Assembly (NCBI GenBank): GCA_029953675.1
Contig: JAMWBK010000003.1
Coordinates: 1,426,001-1,490,000 of the forward strand
DNA from: Rhodosorus marinus CCMP1338
Lineage: Eukaryota > Plantae > Rhodophyta
Direction: 5' to 3'
Length of the DNA stretch: 64,000 bases
Made by a program: the position numbers and the translations under genes. Positions 60,234 through 64,000 of the stretch are shown here, in pieces. Positions within the stretch are counted from its first letter, which is position 1. Each line of letters begins with the position of its first letter. The notes beneath the pieces are model-generated. The model ran no database searches. It was not told where the DNA came from and worked only from the letters and a program-made list of their open reading frames with translations.

Positions 60234-61262
60234 TTGGTTGCGGCACAGCACCGGCGTGGTTGGGCAGCGTTGTGGCTGACAGTTCCAGCGCTTCCGGGGT
60301 TGTGTGATAGACTGTAACCCAGTCATAGATTCAACGACCGAGCGAGGATGGAAAGGATGGCAAGTTTTACCATTGTCAAGATGGTTGTGGCATGAACATA
60401 TCTCATTATTATTAAAATTTTGGCAGCCAGTTTTGAAGAAGTCGTTAAACATAAACGAGGTTTTGAGCTACACTCGCCCGGACTGGATTCTTTGTACTTC
60501 AGTGTTGCCTGACGTGTTCGGTGTTGTCGTTATTCCGGCCTTCCATGGTCAAGGTACACAGGCATTGCCGCGACCTCACGAAATATGTAGCCTGTGGTTA
60601 GTAACGATTCCGAGACCAGCACCAAGACTAAACCACCACCGATTGATTAGAGGGCATAAACCAGTTGATCATAACTGGAAAGGACCAGACCAACGAGTCC
60701 CATCGCCTGAAACAAGAACGGCGGCAAAAAGGACGGACAGTGACTTCAACTAACCTCGGTAGCACTCTACGACCCTCTCGATACTAGACGAGAACCTCCT
60801 CTGGCTCCCTCTATGCATGAACAAATCAAGTCCCTTGCTTTTGGGCTAGACGTTTATTTTTTTGCGGCAACAAGTATCCTCTCCAACCATAAGCTTCCAG
60901 GAGGCTAGCAGAGAATACATGGGCCGTTACTGGATCACCGCTCTCAGTAGGACGGCGAAATCGGACCCACGACCTATGTATGATTTCTCTTATATTGGCA
61001 TTGCTGTTGGGAGCAGTGGACGCTTTATGGGAACATGCTGCGCACGCATCAAAGGATCTCGAAAAAACTATTTGCGACTTTACATCTAAAAAAAATAATA
61101 TGCTCTACATAGGGAAAAAAACTTGCAAAAACGAGCGCGAGAGCACGCGTTAGCTCGGTCACTAGTGGCGAGCATCGAAGAAACTTTAAAAATTCTGTCT
61201 TGCGCTCAACATGTATAGCTATGGCACGCGGAAGCACAAAATTGGATCTAGAGCTTGTGTGC

Positions 61263-62237
61263 TCACATCTGTTCAGTTTCACTTCTTAGGCCGTCGAACA
61301 GGTCACCTGCTCGTCGCTGTAGGACCCTACGCTGGATCGCCAAGTTATCGCTCTTCACGAGCTCAAGATCCTCGATCCACTCCTTCCCGACGGTCGTCCG
61401 ACAGTTCATTATCATCTGCGCGACCTTCTTCGGACTGATGTAAGTGTCGGGGTTCGTCCTAACCACAGCCTCCTCGCGCAAGAGATTGTACAGGAATGCT
61501 TCGCTATCAGGGCCAATCGGGTGTGTCTGCAAGTACTCACTCAGCCACATGAAGTGATGATTGGATTTCTCCTTCATTCTCTGCAGAATACGGTGGGCTG
61601 CGTAGTGCGTGGCCAACGTCCTGATGGAGCGGTAATTAGGGACGCGGAGCGGGGATGACTCGTCATCCATGGGATCCACGTCCAGTATGCGTTCTTTCAA
61701 GGGCTCCAGATCTGCGCCGGGATTCATTAAGAGCTCATAGTGCATCCTGGTGATCTCTAGATTTTCCATGTCCATCAGATTCAGGTCCTGTTTCCATTCC
61801 TCCGCAAGATGCTCCCTGGAGGCTAGAATCTTCCTGGCAACCCCTGACGGCTCGATAGTGAACTTGAACTCCCTCCTGTAGTAGCCTTTAGGATGCGCGA
61901 ATACCTCAACGCCCTCTACAGACTCTGCCTCGAACATTCTCTCTATGTACCCTTGCCAATCGAAGAATTCCTTCTCTTTCTGCGTGAAGTTTTCAAAGCG
62001 ATTCAACCACTTCTCGGTGGCGCCGTCATGAAACTCCCTTAGGTAAAAGAGGACCGTCTTCACTGCCCGACGAGTTATATAGTCTTTCAAGCAATCGGTT
62101 CCTGCCTGCCTCACTTGCGGCTCGTTACCGACATACTCAATGGTCATCTTGGGCACGTTCACCCTAGCCGCGCGCGTACTCGACAACTGGGGCTTCCCAC
62201 CCCTCGGCATGAACGAACTACTCCCGACAAAAGCCAT
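61263..62237 (-). CDS. Plastid-targeted protein with two tandem RbcX-like domains
   Basis: MAFVGSSSF transit peptide. Repeat 1 LKDYITRRAVKTVLFYLRE...WL...VARKILASREHLAE. Repeat 2 ...WLSEYLQTHPIGPDSEAFLYNLLRE...VKSDNLAIQRRVLQR. Both align by eye to cyanobacterial RbcX (LQSYLTYQAVR..., WLGEFSKRHPIQESD..., LRILTVRENLAE, NGNHRRSLLER). Confidence 0.75.
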   Translation of the reverse strand: MAFVGSSSFMPRGGKPQLSSTRAARVNVPKMTIEYVGNEPQVRQAGTDCLKDYITRRAVKTVLFYLREFHDGATEKWLNRFENFTQKEKEFFDWQGYIERMFEAESVEGVEVFAHPKGYYRREFKFTIEPSGVARKILASREHLAEEWKQDLNLMDMENLEITRMHYELLMNPGADLEPLKERILDVDPMDDESSPLRVPNYRSIRTLATHYAAHRILQRMKEKSNHHFMWLSEYLQTHPIGPDSEAFLYNLLREEAVVRTNPDTYISPKKVAQMIMNCRTTVGKEWIEDLELVKSDNLAIQRRVLQRRAGDLFDGLRSETEQM

Positions 62238-64000
62238 ACCTTCTCAAATATACAACACTGATCCTGTGAACAAAGTTCTCTATATATATGTAGCAATAAG
62301 TTACCCGAAATCCGCGTAGCACAACTCAGGAGGATAGCATGAAAACAGACCAATAAAACGAATAGAGAGTCAGAATCTGTTCAATTCGTACCCAAGAAGC
62401 CTAGCATACATCACGAAACCTTTTCCCTAATCCTGCCCACCACATCCTGCCACTACAACAACAGACAACCCTTATATCGTCTTGTTTTGCAATTCATGAA
62501 CAGAAAAAATCCTAGCCTACCCTCTTCCATCTTCATCCAACACCCTACCCCCCCCTCTTTTTGGTATTTCTCTCCAACAGACATTTCCCTCATTTTTTTT
62601 ACGATTACATTGTGCTTCCCACCAAACACACCCACATCTCAAAACACATACTTCCACACATCCCTCAAAACAATCCTCAAAAGTCAAATGCACCCCATCA
62701 TTGTCGAATCTAGATTTTCGTTTTCCAAACCGCCACACCCCCTACCCCTGTAACAGAATCCATTTCCATGAGTAAGTCCTATAAAATTTTCCCTTGCATT
62801 CGTCAACAATAGTAGAGGGTAGGGTAAACAAAAACCCTAAACGTTTGTGATGAAGAAAGATGTCCTCATATTACTCATTTAATTTATGATTTCGGGTTGC
62901 TCTGGAAAAACAGAAATGGTATATCTCCCCCTATCAAATTTTGGCTAGGTTTTTAATTTGCATTTGATTTCTAAGGAGGTTAGATATGGTTTTAGAAATA
63001 GGGGGGGGGGGAAGGGGTTTGAGATGAGGTTTTTTGGGGTTAAAAAAGAGAACATCTCGGAGAGAAAAGCACAAAATACAGCAGGACATTCTGAGAAATT
63101 TTCAAGGCTTAGAATGAACTGATTGGCTTTGGTAAGATCCATTCGGTTAGGAAATTCAACCCCATTGGCAAAATTCTGCTCCGATGAACAATTCATTGGC
63201 TAATATGCAACGGATTTACCCTCGATTTGCAGACCCGATTTGCTAGAGATACGAAATATCAGGAGATATTTGATATTGATTCATCCAATCATACAACATC
63301 ATGGTATGCAAGTCTCTCATACGAACACTTGATTGGTTAGAAAGAATATCGGAATGTCCGGGGAATCCAGCCCAATGATGTAATCTACAGCTGTCCTAAT
63401 CAGCAGAATTATTCTGGAATATGAAATATCCAAATGAATTGCCCGAAGAAGCAGAGGAGTTCGTTCATCTGTCATCAGCTATGGGATATTATACATCCCC
63501 TTGGGGGTGTGAGTAATACCATCTCAGCATCACCAGCAAACTTAGAACGATGATAGGGGGCTTGGAGATTGGTTAGGAGCGTTGCGGATGTTATTGTGGA
63601 AATGTTTTCGACTACTGAGATATGTTGCCAGATAGGAATGGAATAGGCATTTGCCGAATTTTCGGGGGGAGGGGGTCGGGTTGGGGATGTGTGGAATGGT
63701 CTTGAAGTAGACCTAATGGCAAAACGAGATATAGACCTTTAAAAGCACTAGCTGCGGATCAAAATTTCCGTATGAATTTACGAACTTTTACAGGACGATT
63801 TTACAACTTATCCTTTTCATATTTTCAGGTTCCATCCCCAACCGGAAATGACATCAGACCTCGACCGCCTTCCGAAGCTTCTGCTGGTAGGGCGCTCTAC
63901 CTCTTGTACAAGATTGGAGGCATATAGCATGTGCATGTGCAAACTTGAGTTTCCCCGATACCGTTTGACCACTGTTTGGGATGAGCGGCACTTTTTAGTG

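Noticed and set aside
60240-60760. Short ORFs between ZW10 and the RbcX-like gene
   Set aside because: No family motif, and stops interrupt the protein-like frames; cannot be supported.
33056-62839. Telo-box AAACCCTA at 33056, 41946, 49583, 52582 (reverse) and 62832
   Set aside because: Five hits against about two expected by chance, one of them inside a CDS. They are not tandem, so not telomeric, and enrichment is too weak to call.

Overview
Gene-dense eukaryotic nuclear DNA (roughly balanced GC, short GT-AG introns) with about 19 protein-coding genes. N-terminal 'MAF/MGF/xCFV'-type plastid transit peptides without a preceding signal peptide, a Polo-like kinase, a SHAQKYF MYB and compact intron-poor genes point to a red alga or similar primary-plastid alga (inference). 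Genes in order: RING-H2 E3 ligase, DUS1, GPATCH1-like, ePHD zinc-finger protein, ABCB half-transporter (HMT1/ATM type), C2H2 zinc-finger protein, CNOT4/NOT4, PLK, HIRIP3/Chz1-like histone chaperone, PIG3-type quinone oxidoreductase, YqeH/NOA1-type GTPase with a huge sticker-spacer tail, MARCH RING-CH ligase, TatD, RAD9, TMEM223/TMEM70-like protein, plastid-type myo-inositol 2-dehydrogenase, MYB, ZW10 and a tandem RbcX-like protein. Non-coding features: a ~0.9 kb hAT-like non-autonomous transposon, a ~126-bp tandem repeat, and several near-perfect intergenic hairpins or palindromes. No rRNA, tRNA or true CRISPR locus was found. The strongest leads are a plastid-targeted single-chain RbcX pseudo-dimer in a lineage expected to use form ID Rubisco, and the ~750-aa DDF/W-sticker tail on the YqeH GTPase. 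All family calls come from motif recognition by eye, with no database search; exon boundaries are approximate where stated.
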